Source of the DNA: Deferribacterales bacterium | Lineage (GTDB): Bacteria; Chrysiogenota; Deferribacteres; Deferribacterales; Geovibrionaceae | Direction: 5' to 3' | NCBI GenBank assembly: GCA_050253075.1 | Contig: JBFWJS010000001.1 | Coordinates: forward strand, 660,675 to 724,674 | DNA: 64,000 nt | Shown here: piece by piece, positions 19,328-28,143 of the stretch | How positions within the stretch are numbered: position 1 is the stretch's first letter | How the letters are laid out: the number at the start of each line of letters is the position of its first letter | Notes under the pieces: model-generated | Database searches by the model: none | What the model saw: only the letters and a program-made list of their open reading frames with translations | What the model was told of the DNA's origin: nothing | Position numbers and translations under genes: made by a program

Positions 19328-19372
19328 ATATCTTTGCTATATTTATTACCCATTTACAAAAAGACGATTGTG

Positions 19373-19765
19373 TTACTTCTGCTCAGCAATCCATTTTAAA
19401 ATAGCTTATTTTATCTCGTTTATCGTTTTCTGGCAAAAGTAAGTTTCTCTTCTTCAGTACCTTCTGCTGATGATGGTTCAGGAAAACTCCAGTGAATTCT
19501 TTTTTAATACTGGGGAAGATATGGCATTTCTCTGCGGCCTCTCTGTTACATACGGTGATGACATAAATTATATCAGAGCCCCTGCTTGAAAAGATCGAAG
19601 ACACTGTCTGTCTGCCTGAGATGTCTATACCATCCTCTTGCATAACCTTTGCCACGTATGGATTCAGTGTGCTTTCTGCCTTAAACTTCTCTGGTGCAAA
19701 TTGGTTCACTTCGTCATCTGACTTCTGGTACTGTTATGGATACAGGCAAAAAGAACTTTTTTCAC
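19373..19765 (-). pseudogene. arsC: Arsenate reductase (LMW-PTP type), multiply frameshifted
   Basis: Pieces in different frames: VKKVLFACIHNSTRSQM / TLNPYVAKVMQEDGIDIS / VFDLFKQG / YVITVC..AEKC.IFP / RIHWSFPEPS. Confidence 0.85.
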
Positions 19766-19889
19766 GATGCTCAACTTTCAAATGAAATGATTTTATAAAA
19801 TGTTGTCTGCAATTGTAAAACAAAATAATATTTTGATGATTGCCGGATCATGTTATAGTTATTTGACATTCGTGTGACTGAAGCGCTTG

Positions 19890-21104
19890 TCAGAAGTATC
19901 TTCTGATGCGCAGTTCAATCCTTGCTGCTGCAGGCTTTTCGCCGTATTCGGTATACTTTTCTCTGGAGAGTGCGGTTGCTTTCAGTTTCAGTTCGTAATT
20001 TGTGAATCCGGTGTATGTCACTTCCGGGGATGCGGAAAAACTGCCGTCATCTGTGTTTAGTATAAGCGTGAGTGCAGGAGTCAGATAAAGCACGTCAAAA
20101 GGTTCTTTAACTGATGCTCTGAAATACAGATAATCCTGCATTGCGAAGTTTCTGAGAACAGCCTTATCCGCCCTGTAGAATTTTTCCATCTCGTTTTCTG
20201 TATAGCCATCAGACCTGTGATAATACTCGCTTATGAAAGTTATTTCGTTTTCTGTAAGATATCTGACACCTATCAGGTAATTATCCGATGTCTCCTTTGA
20301 CGGGCCAAGCGGAGTGTAAAGCTTGTAATCCTGAAATTTTGCATATTCTCCATGCAGCTCAAAAGCTGATGTAAGGTTTTTTGAAAAGTCGAATCCGTAT
20401 TTAATCCCGTCGGATTCCACTGATGTAAACATAAAGTCTATGTCAGTATCGTATAAGAGCAGGTACAGTTTTCCTGCATAGCCTTTGCCGTCTGCGCCGG
20501 ACATACTTCTGTTCATGTCGTCGTTAATGTAATAAATCACAGGAGTTACTGTAAAATTTTTGAGTGCACCTCCGACATTTTTTATATAGTCCGCCGAAAT
20601 CAGGTAATGCCCCTCAAGAACTGCTTCCGGGTCATCAGGATTCTTCTGTCTGTCTATGAGAGCCGCCGGGCTGAAAGCGTAGCCTTTGCCCCATTTAATG
20701 TTTTTTTTGCCTGCATAAAGAGTGAAGTTCGGCGACGCTGACCAGCTTGAGTATCCTTCGAAAAATTTTGTAATCTGACGGTAGTCGCCTGTATCTTCTT
20801 TGTAGCCAGATATGTCTGATATGAAAGCAAAATTAAAATCATTGATTTCATATGAGCCGTTCAGGCGCAGTCTTGCGTCTGCTGACCATGCGGTATCCTG
20901 CGGTTCTTCATTTCTGAATCTTGTGCTGTAGCCGGCTGTATCTTTGTCGTAGTCATATGCCGCAGATATAAACTCAGCGTAGCCTCCAAACATATATGGT
21001 TTTTTTTCTATTTCACTCAGATTAAAAGAGTAATCAGATGCCTGCACTCCTGCTGATAAAAACAGGCTGAGCGATAAAACCCAGCCTGATACGTTTCTTT
21101 TCAT
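19890..21104 (-). CDS. Exported, probable outer-membrane beta-barrel protein
   Basis: Signal peptide, alternating aromatic strands, GKKNIKWGKG and C-terminal RRYF. Confidence 0.7.
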   Translation of the reverse strand: MKRNVSGWVLSLSLFLSAGVQASDYSFNLSEIEKKPYMFGGYAEFISAAYDYDKDTAGYSTRFRNEEPQDTAWSADARLRLNGSYEINDFNFAFISDISGYKEDTGDYRQITKFFEGYSSWSASPNFTLYAGKKNIKWGKGYAFSPAALIDRQKNPDDPEAVLEGHYLISADYIKNVGGALKNFTVTPVIYYINDDMNRSMSGADGKGYAGKLYLLLYDTDIDFMFTSVESDGIKYGFDFSKNLTSAFELHGEYAKFQDYKLYTPLGPSKETSDNYLIGVRYLTENEITFISEYYHRSDGYTENEMEKFYRADKAVLRNFAMQDYLYFRASVKEPFDVLYLTPALTLILNTDDGSFSASPEVTYTGFTNYELKLKATALSREKYTEYGEKPAAARIELRIRRYF

Positions 21105-21829
21105 CTGATTTCCTGCATACGTGACATAAAGTCCATCGTGAATATCTCGTCAGGGAATTCACGGCTTTTCACCTTTGCGAATATCATGACTGATTTATAG
21201 CCTTTGTAAAGCGGTGAATCGGTTTCTATCACAGCGGGGCGTTTTATGCCGTCCCCGAAATCTTTTACATCGCTGAAATGCAGTGTTTTTATCAGCATCT
21301 TTTCATCCGTCAGACAGTCGATAGATATTGGAAGCATGGTTTTTTTGTCTGCTGTTATAGTGACTTTGGCGTATGCCACAGTTTTAGTCTTTGCTTTCAG
21401 ATACAGTACGTATCTGTCACTGGATTCCTCCATCAGCTCCACATCGTACTCCTGCGTATAGTCGAGGCTCATGATGTCTGCATTGTTGAATACGCCGCCT
21501 ATGACAGACTGGAGGCTTGTAATTCTCACAGGCCGCCCGACATTAGGGATATACAGCCACATATTGTCGCCGAGACGGAGAGTGCTGCGTCCGTTTTCGC
21601 TGGCCGGCGATAAAAACAGAGATGATATTTTATCATTGCCTTTTTTAACCGTATAAAGCACAAATTCTTTGCTGTCTCCGTCCGGCTCTATATTTATCAG
21701 TTTCCGGTATGATTCGTAGCTGACAGGAGAGAGGTTTCGGTCAATTATACGCAGTATTTCGGATGGTTCCTTCGCAAGTGCGGAGACGGCAGACAGTGAA
21801 AGAACGATAATTATAAGTATCTTTTTCAT
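21101..21829 (-). CDS. LolA-like outer-membrane lipoprotein-sorting protein
   Basis: Signal peptide; FLSPASENGR..L..GDNMWLYIP, GGVFNNAD and C-terminal FPDEIFT. Confidence 0.8.
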   Translation of the reverse strand: MKKILIIIVLSLSAVSALAKEPSEILRIIDRNLSPVSYESYRKLINIEPDGDSKEFVLYTVKKGNDKISSLFLSPASENGRSTLRLGDNMWLYIPNVGRPVRITSLQSVIGGVFNNADIMSLDYTQEYDVELMEESSDRYVLYLKAKTKTVAYAKVTITADKKTMLPISIDCLTDEKMLIKTLHFSDVKDFGDGIKRPAVIETDSPLYKGYKSVMIFAKVKSREFPDEIFTMDFMSRMQEIR

Positions 21830-21837
21830 ACGTTCAC

Positions 21838-23076
21838 CTACACGTGCCTGAGGGCTTTGATGGGATCCATTTTCGAAGCCTTGAAAGCCGGCTGGATACT
21901 GGCCAGCACGGCTACCAGTATGACTGTTACAGATACGGCTGCAAGCTGCGTGTATTCAACAGCGGCGGTGAGAAGTATATCCTCCTGTCTGCCGAAATTA
22001 AAAGTAATCTTTGAGGCGTTGACCGCTGCCACAGTCATGACGCTTGCGATACTCCCTGCCGCGGCGCCGATTGTGCCAAGCAGGAATCCTTCGGTCAGAA
22101 ACATCATGGTTATCTTTATCGGCCGCGTACCTATGGCCGCTGCCGTGCCTATCTCGCGCATACGCTCGTATACAGCCATTATCATAACGTTCAGTACGGA
22201 GATCATTACTACGGCCACCAGCAGGATTTTCACAAAAAGGGTCATAAGGTCTATCATTCTTACGATATTGGCAAATGGAGAAATTGCCTCCCATGAATGT
22301 ACGTCAAATACACTCTGGCCTTTCGGGTTTATAAATCCGCCCACCTTAGCGGTGAATTCCTTTTCAAAAGAATGGAGTTTATTAAAGTCTTTCAGCCTGA
22401 CAGCTATTTCGCTTATCTCCGGTTCTTCCATGCGGAGTATCTCCGCAGCGTCGTCTATGTGTACATATCCGTCACGTCCGCCCGGACCTGTGGCGCTCTC
22501 CACTATGCCTGAGACTTTGAGCTGTTTTCCGTTGACAGAGCCGTCAGAGTTTGTCGCTATCACAACCACGGTGTCTCCGGTTTTAACCTTCATGGAGTTA
22601 GCGAAGAGTCTGGGTACTATTATTTCACCCCTGCTGAGGGTTTTGGAACCTTCAGATATTCTGTCCGGCAGGATCGGCGTCACTTTGAACTCCCTGTCAG
22701 GGTCTATGCCGTTCAGGCGGATATTCGAAGTTTCTGAAAATGTGGAGAACATACCGCCGAATTTTATTCTGTAGGAGACCGCCTCAATCTCTTCGAAATC
22801 TTTTATGATCTGTTCGAATTTGTTAACCATCATCGGCTTCATATTCATGTGCAGGGGGAGTGTTTCGATAGCGCCCATATATCCCTTGCGGTGCACTTGG
22901 ATGTGGCCTGTCATGGAGTCCGTTATCTGTGAGACCATCATGGATTTGAAAGATCCTGTAACTGAAACAAAGACGGAGACAAACAGCACACCGATGACAA
23001 CAAGCGACACGGTGAGAAGCGTTCTTCTTGAATATCTGAACAGGTTTCTGGACGATATTTTAAGTATGTTCAGCAT
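21838..23076 (-). CDS. ABC transporter permease (MacB/FtsX/LolE type)
   Basis: RNLFRYSRRT, ERMREIG and PAFKASKMDPIKALRH; 1+3 TM topology. Confidence 0.9.
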   Translation of the reverse strand: MLNILKISSRNLFRYSRRTLLTVSLVVIGVLFVSVFVSVTGSFKSMMVSQITDSMTGHIQVHRKGYMGAIETLPLHMNMKPMMVNKFEQIIKDFEEIEAVSYRIKFGGMFSTFSETSNIRLNGIDPDREFKVTPILPDRISEGSKTLSRGEIIVPRLFANSMKVKTGDTVVVIATNSDGSVNGKQLKVSGIVESATGPGGRDGYVHIDDAAEILRMEEPEISEIAVRLKDFNKLHSFEKEFTAKVGGFINPKGQSVFDVHSWEAISPFANIVRMIDLMTLFVKILLVAVVMISVLNVMIMAVYERMREIGTAAAIGTRPIKITMMFLTEGFLLGTIGAAAGSIASVMTVAAVNASKITFNFGRQEDILLTAAVEYTQLAAVSVTVILVAVLASIQPAFKASKMDPIKALRHV

Positions 23077-23750
23077 GACAGCACCCCGTCTTCCATCACA
23101 TAAACCTTTTCCGCAATTTCGACTATCTTCGGGTCATGGGTGGAAAAGATAAAACTTGTGCCGAATTCGTCTCTCATGGATTTCATCAGGTTTATTATTT
23201 TCATGGAGGTGTCATGGTCAAGGTTCGCAGTCGGCTCGTCCGCAAGGATGAGGGCGGGCTCAGTCACAAGCGCCCTTGCCACAGCTGTTCTCTGTTTCTG
23301 ACCGCCTGAGAGCTGTGCGGGCCGTTTAGCCGCATGCTCCAGCATGCCTACGGCAGAGAGAACTTTTTCAACCCGTTTCTTCCGGATATCCGCCGGCAGA
23401 TTCTGCACCAGTATCAGCGGATACTCCACATTTTCGTAAACGCTAAGCACGGGCATCAGGTTAAAATCCTGAAATATGAATCCTATGTTTTCTCCCCTGA
23501 ATTTTGCGCTTTGGCTTCGGTTCATAGCGGATGGATTCTGTCCGCATACGGTTATGTTTCCCTCAGTAGGCCTGTCCAGACATCCTATTATATTCAGCAG
23601 CGTCGTTTTTCCGCTGCCTGAGGGACCCACAAAGCTGACAAAAGACGCCTCTTCGATAGAAAAACTGACATTATTTAATGCGTGAACCGGGTTCGAACCC
23701 CCGCCCATACCGTAAATCTTTGAAATACACTCAGCATTTACCAGTTCCAT
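23070..23750 (-). CDS. ABC transporter ATP-binding protein (LolD-like)
   Basis: GPSGSGKTT, LSGGQKQR and ADEPTANLD; RBS GGAGGTG before ATG 23750. Confidence 0.92.
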   Translation of the reverse strand: MELVNAECISKIYGMGGGSNPVHALNNVSFSIEEASFVSFVGPSGSGKTTLLNIIGCLDRPTEGNITVCGQNPSAMNRSQSAKFRGENIGFIFQDFNLMPVLSVYENVEYPLILVQNLPADIRKKRVEKVLSAVGMLEHAAKRPAQLSGGQKQRTAVARALVTEPALILADEPTANLDHDTSMKIINLMKSMRDEFGTSFIFSTHDPKIVEIAEKVYVMEDGVLSC

Positions 23751-23775
23751 AAACACCTCCAATACAGAAATAATA

Positions 23776-23791
23776 CGCAATTAAGATGCCA
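23776..23791 (-). promoter_or_regulatory. Putative sigma54 promoter
   Basis: TGGCAT-CTTAA-TTGCG with exact GG-N10-GC spacing, 26 bp upstream of the ATG. Confidence 0.7.
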
Positions 23792-23895
23792 TATGTAACT
23801 ATTTGATTAATAAAATAATTAGATATTTACGTGTGCATTTTCTGCTCACTGTATGGAAATATTAACACACCTTTATGATATAAACTTACGCATGT

Positions 23896-24753
23896 TTATT
23901 TCATGATAACTTCTGTATTATGGGTAGAGACAGCTATGCTGTTTTCTCCTGCTTTAACAAGTCTGAGAGTCACTGGGCTGCCATGTCCTGCTGTTTCGCT
24001 CAGAGATGTTATGTAAACCGGTATGCCGCTCCACTCGTATTCAAAAGTCTTGTGAATATGTGCTGCAAATATGGCTTTTACATCATGTTCTTTAATAAGC
24101 TCTGAGAGTTCATCTGTACTATTTCGCCATAGTGCATGGGTTATCCCCTGTTTTTTGTCATAAGGAGGGTGGTGCATGAAAAGAAGAATTTTTCTGTCTC
24201 TGGTCTCTGTAAGCTGTTTTCTCAGCCATCTCAGTTCATCTGCAGGAAAAAATCCAAGGAAAGTGTCAAGGAAAAGGAGTGTATATTCGCCGGCATCAAG
24301 CCTGAAATATGTTTTCCCGAAGTAATGCTTATAAAATGCAGGCTTTAAGCCGTTTATTCTTGCGTTGACCGAGTGCCCGCCCGGGATATGGTAGTATGGC
24401 AGCTGTTGATCCCAATATTGCTCCAGTTCGCTGATGTACTTTTTCCATTCGTCAGCACGTCCGTATTTTGTGACATCTGCCAGGTTTACCATAAAATCCG
24501 GTTTCAGCGACTGCGCATATTCAAGAGCGGCAATCCTTGGCGGACTTTCCCAGCGCATATCACCGAGCACCGCAAAAGTAAAATTATCTTGTGATGTATC
24601 CATATGCAGTTTACGGTCAGATATTATCAGCTGTGGTAAAGGAGAGCTTCCATGTATTGAATCAAAGCCTCCCAGCATCGCCATTGCCGTTATGTATCCG
24701 CCAGAGGACACTGCAGCTGTAATGATTAATATAGAGAATATAATCTTCCTCAT
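23896..24753 (-). CDS. Membrane-anchored calcineurin-like metallophosphoesterase
   Basis: GDMR, ADVT, PGGH (GNH variant), MHHPP and AHIH. Confidence 0.8.
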   Translation of the reverse strand: MRKIIFSILIITAAVSSGGYITAMAMLGGFDSIHGSSPLPQLIISDRKLHMDTSQDNFTFAVLGDMRWESPPRIAALEYAQSLKPDFMVNLADVTKYGRADEWKKYISELEQYWDQQLPYYHIPGGHSVNARINGLKPAFYKHYFGKTYFRLDAGEYTLLFLDTFLGFFPADELRWLRKQLTETRDRKILLFMHHPPYDKKQGITHALWRNSTDELSELIKEHDVKAIFAAHIHKTFEYEWSGIPVYITSLSETAGHGSPVTLRLVKAGENSIAVSTHNTEVIMK

Positions 24754-24757
24754 TTGT

Positions 24758-25927
24758 TTATATGACCTGCTTTAGATACGCAAAAGCTATGCAAAACATT
24801 GCAACCATCCATACAGGGGTTTTCCTGTACATCAGCAGTGCGAATGCCGCTACACACACGGCGAAGTCATAGCCCGAATGCACGCCTTTTACCCACACGG
24901 GGTTATAGAGAGCGGCAAGAAGTATGCCCACAACTCCGGCGTTTACCCCCTTTAACGCGGCGGATGCCCAGCTTCTGGATGAAAGATGATCCCAGAAGGG
25001 TAACACCGCCGGAACCAGCAGGAAAGTGGACATGAAAACACCGATAAGACACATAATACCAGTAATAATGCCTCCTGCGGATGTTCCGACGAACGAAGCG
25101 AATGTGAACAGAGGTCCCGGCACAAGCTGGGCTATGCCGTATCCTGAGAGGAAAATCTCATCAGTGAGATAGTGACCGCCTGCCGTCTCCGCCTGAAGCA
25201 GCGGGAGCACGACATGCCCTCCGCCGAAGACGAGTGAGCCTGCTCTGTAGAATATCTCGAACAGCTTCAGGTTATGATTGTCTGAAGCCGCCGCCAGCAG
25301 AGGAAGCCCGCCCAGGAGCACAAAGAAGACAGTAAGCATGAAGAGCGGTGTGCTGAAAGACAGTTTTGACGCTGGGGTTTCAGATGGTTCAGTATTTCTG
25401 TACATCACGTATCCGGCCGCACCGGCAAGGATTATAACCAACACCTGGACCAGAGGATGACTTAATACAAGAACAGCAGCTGCTGAAGCTGCGGCAAGCA
25501 GTCTGAGTCTGTTTTCACTGCAGAGCTTCACCCCCATAGACCATACGGCCTGCGCGACAACTGCCACTGTAAGCATAAGAAGACCTGGTATCACGAAAGA
25601 ATCCTTTAGAAATCCGAAACTGCCGAGCCCGTATGCCGCCGCAGCCATTACAAAAGCGGAAGGTGCTGTGAAGCCGAGCCACGCGGCAAACGCCCCTGCC
25701 ATTCCTCCTTTTTTGAGCCCAATGGCGAACCCTGTCTGACTGCTGGCCGGCCCGGGGAGGAACTGGCACATTGCGGCGAGATCGGCAAACTCTTTTTCAC
25801 TCAGCCACTTCCGGCTGTCTACAAATTCTCTGTGGAAATAACCCATATGGGCCACAGGACCGCCGAAACTCCGCACTCCCAGAGACAGAAAGACAGAAAA
25901 GATTTCAAACAGATTATTTATTCTCAT
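24758..25927 (-). CDS. chrA: Chromate efflux transporter (long-chain CHR)
   Basis: SFGGP..H, QFLPGPASSQ, VFGGGHVVLP and Q.VPGPLFTF. Confidence 0.93.
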   Translation of the reverse strand: MRINNLFEIFSVFLSLGVRSFGGPVAHMGYFHREFVDSRKWLSEKEFADLAAMCQFLPGPASSQTGFAIGLKKGGMAGAFAAWLGFTAPSAFVMAAAAYGLGSFGFLKDSFVIPGLLMLTVAVVAQAVWSMGVKLCSENRLRLLAAASAAAVLVLSHPLVQVLVIILAGAAGYVMYRNTEPSETPASKLSFSTPLFMLTVFFVLLGGLPLLAAASDNHNLKLFEIFYRAGSLVFGGGHVVLPLLQAETAGGHYLTDEIFLSGYGIAQLVPGPLFTFASFVGTSAGGIITGIMCLIGVFMSTFLLVPAVLPFWDHLSSRSWASAALKGVNAGVVGILLAALYNPVWVKGVHSGYDFAVCVAAFALLMYRKTPVWMVAMFCIAFAYLKQVI

Positions 25928-25987
25928 GCAATATTGCTCCTATGGGCCTCTCGTGTAATAATAGCAGATACTGAACAAGAGGGACGG

Positions 25988-27361
25988 ATGCTCCAGTTTT
26001 TTACATATATTTTTTACGGAATTACTTTTTTCGCTTTGGGGATTGTCATCACCGCAAAGGATCTCAAGATCAGCAAGCTGGCTCTCGCCCGCATACTGTG
26101 GATACTGGCGGTTTTCGGCTTTACCCACGGGGTTTACGAGTGGACCGAGCTTTATGTCATAATAGACGGTGGAGCTCCTTTATGGTTCAGCCGTCTCAGA
26201 CATATTCTCCTTTTCGCTTCGTTTGTTGCGCTGTATTTTTTCGGATTGGAACTGGTATTTATTTCGCTGGTAAAAAAATATAAAAAAGATCTGCCGGTTA
26301 TATACAGCCGTACCGCTTTTGTATTGCTGTCTGCTCTGCTTGTTTTTATCTGGCTTTCGGGAGCTGATGAAAGATATGTTAGGCTTTTTGTCGCTTTCCC
26401 AGGAGCTCTGCTTTCCGGAACCGGTTTGATAATTTACTCAACAACAGTCCGTGGGATGTCGCTAGAGGGTTCATACAATTTTGTATATTCCGGTGCGTTT
26501 ATGGTGCTGTATGCCATTGTTTCGGGGATTATACCCCATGAAGATGTGCCGGATATAATAATTTTAAGAGGGTTGTGCGCGGTAGGCGTGACATTCTTCA
26601 TTTACCGCGGGATGAACGTATTCGATCATGAAAAACTTATGATAATAGAGGAGCGGCTGAACAGATTTGCCATGTCGGAAAAACTCAATTCTATAGGTAA
26701 GCTTGCTGCAGGCATAGCCCATGAAATAAATAATCCTCTCACAAATGTGCTGCTGAAAACTGAGATGCTGAAATCAATGATTGAAAATCCAGAAGCACTG
26801 AGCAAGCTTGAAGGGATAGAAAGGAACGCGGACAGAGCATCAAAGATAGCCAAGGAACTGCTGTATTTTTCCAGAGAAGGAAATGAAAGCAAGTCGGTTA
26901 TCGACATTAATGACGTGATAACAAGCGCAGTCTCTCTCATGGGACAGCACAAGTTGCTGTGCAGAACGGTTCTCGCTTCGCAGCCGATATATATAAGAGG
27001 GGTGTACTGGAAGCTGGAGGAGGTAATTATCAACCTTATACTGAACGCTGCAGATGCCTGCGGTATGAAAGGTGCTATAGATATAGCCTCTTTCGTATAT
27101 GACGAAAGCGCCGCGGTAAGAGTCACGGACAAAGGGTGCGGGATACCACCTGAAAACCTGACTAAAATATTTGATCCGTTCTTTACTACAAAAGAACCTG
27201 GGGAAGGGACCGGACTCGGCCTTTCCATATGCTATAATATCGTAGAACAGCACGGCGGCAGCATTTCTGTGATCAGCAGCCCAGGAAATGGGACTGAAAT
27301 AACGGTGCTGTTACCTATGGAGGCTTCTGATGAGCAGCAGAATACTGTTGACGGACGATGA
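25988..27361 (+). CDS. Multi-TM sensor histidine kinase
   Basis: About 7 N-terminal TMs; [25 protein letters not shown] and GTGLGL; likely ATG at 25988. Confidence 0.9.
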   Translation: MLQFFTYIFYGITFFALGIVITAKDLKISKLALARILWILAVFGFTHGVYEWTELYVIIDGGAPLWFSRLRHILLFASFVALYFFGLELVFISLVKKYKKDLPVIYSRTAFVLLSALLVFIWLSGADERYVRLFVAFPGALLSGTGLIIYSTTVRGMSLEGSYNFVYSGAFMVLYAIVSGIIPHEDVPDIIILRGLCAVGVTFFIYRGMNVFDHEKLMIIEERLNRFAMSEKLNSIGKLAAGIAHEINNPLTNVLLKTEMLKSMIENPEALSKLEGIERNADRASKIAKELLYFSREGNESKSVIDINDVITSAVSLMGQHKLLCRTVLASQPIYIRGVYWKLEEVIINLILNAADACGMKGAIDIASFVYDESAAVRVTDKGCGIPPENLTKIFDPFFTTKEPGEGTGLGLSICYNIVEQHGGSISVISSPGNGTEITVLLPMEASDEQQNTVDGR

Positions 27362-27983
27362 CGCGGAATTGCGGGAAACAGTCAGTGAAATCCTCTCAGA
27401 ATGCGGTTTCGAAGTGATGTGCGCGGAGAACTCTGAGGAAGCTCTTAAACTGGCGGAAACATTCAAACCCCATTTGGTGATTACGGATAACATGATGCCG
27501 GGCATAGGCGGCATGGCACTTATCAGTTTGATAAAAAGCAGAATGCCGTCTGTAAAGGTCATTATGATAACTGCGTTTGCTACAGTTGACAACGCTGTAA
27601 ACGCCATGAAAGCCGGGGCGGATGACTACCTTGCCAAACCTTTCAAAAAAGAGGAACTGGCTGTTGCGGTGAGAAAATGCATAGAGGAGGGGAAATTTGC
27701 CAGATGCCTGCTGCAGATGAATATGGATGATACGCTTTCCTGTATATCTAACAGCATAAGGCGGCAGATACTTTTTATGCTGTATGAAGAAGGTAAAATG
27801 CGTTTTATGGACATTACCCGCAAACTGGGGATAGATGATCACACAAAAGTCAATTTTCACCTGAAGGCGCTCAGACAGAATGACATGATTCATCAGAATG
27901 ATGAGAAAGAATATGTATTGAGCTCCGGCGGTATGAATATAATTGACTGCCTTAAAGTGATCTCAGGAAAAGTATCTTATTAA
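27330..27983 (+). CDS. Response regulator with an ArsR-like winged-helix output domain
   Basis: REC motifs (DDD, D.MMP, T, KPF) plus ISNSIRRQIL..KVNFHLKAL. Confidence 0.88.
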   Translation: MSSRILLTDDDAELRETVSEILSECGFEVMCAENSEEALKLAETFKPHLVITDNMMPGIGGMALISLIKSRMPSVKVIMITAFATVDNAVNAMKAGADDYLAKPFKKEELAVAVRKCIEEGKFARCLLQMNMDDTLSCISNSIRRQILFMLYEEGKMRFMDITRKLGIDDHTKVNFHLKALRQNDMIHQNDEKEYVLSSGGMNIIDCLKVISGKVSY

Positions 27984-28003
27984 CCTCTGCAAATATGCCA
28001 TAT

Positions 28004-28029
28004 CAATTGTGAATTTTTATTCACAATTG
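28004..28029. promoter_or_regulatory. Perfect inverted repeat upstream of the cytochrome gene
   Basis: CAATTGTGAAT-TTTT-ATTCACAATTG. Confidence 0.6.
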
Positions 28030-28143
28030 TGTCTTAAATGTCAAATTCTATTATCTGGAACGTTGTTTCATTCGGTTTTATAGTGTTATCAGGATCATAT
28101 CTTAATACGGGATATGTTCAGATTTCATCTATGAGAGGTTAAC

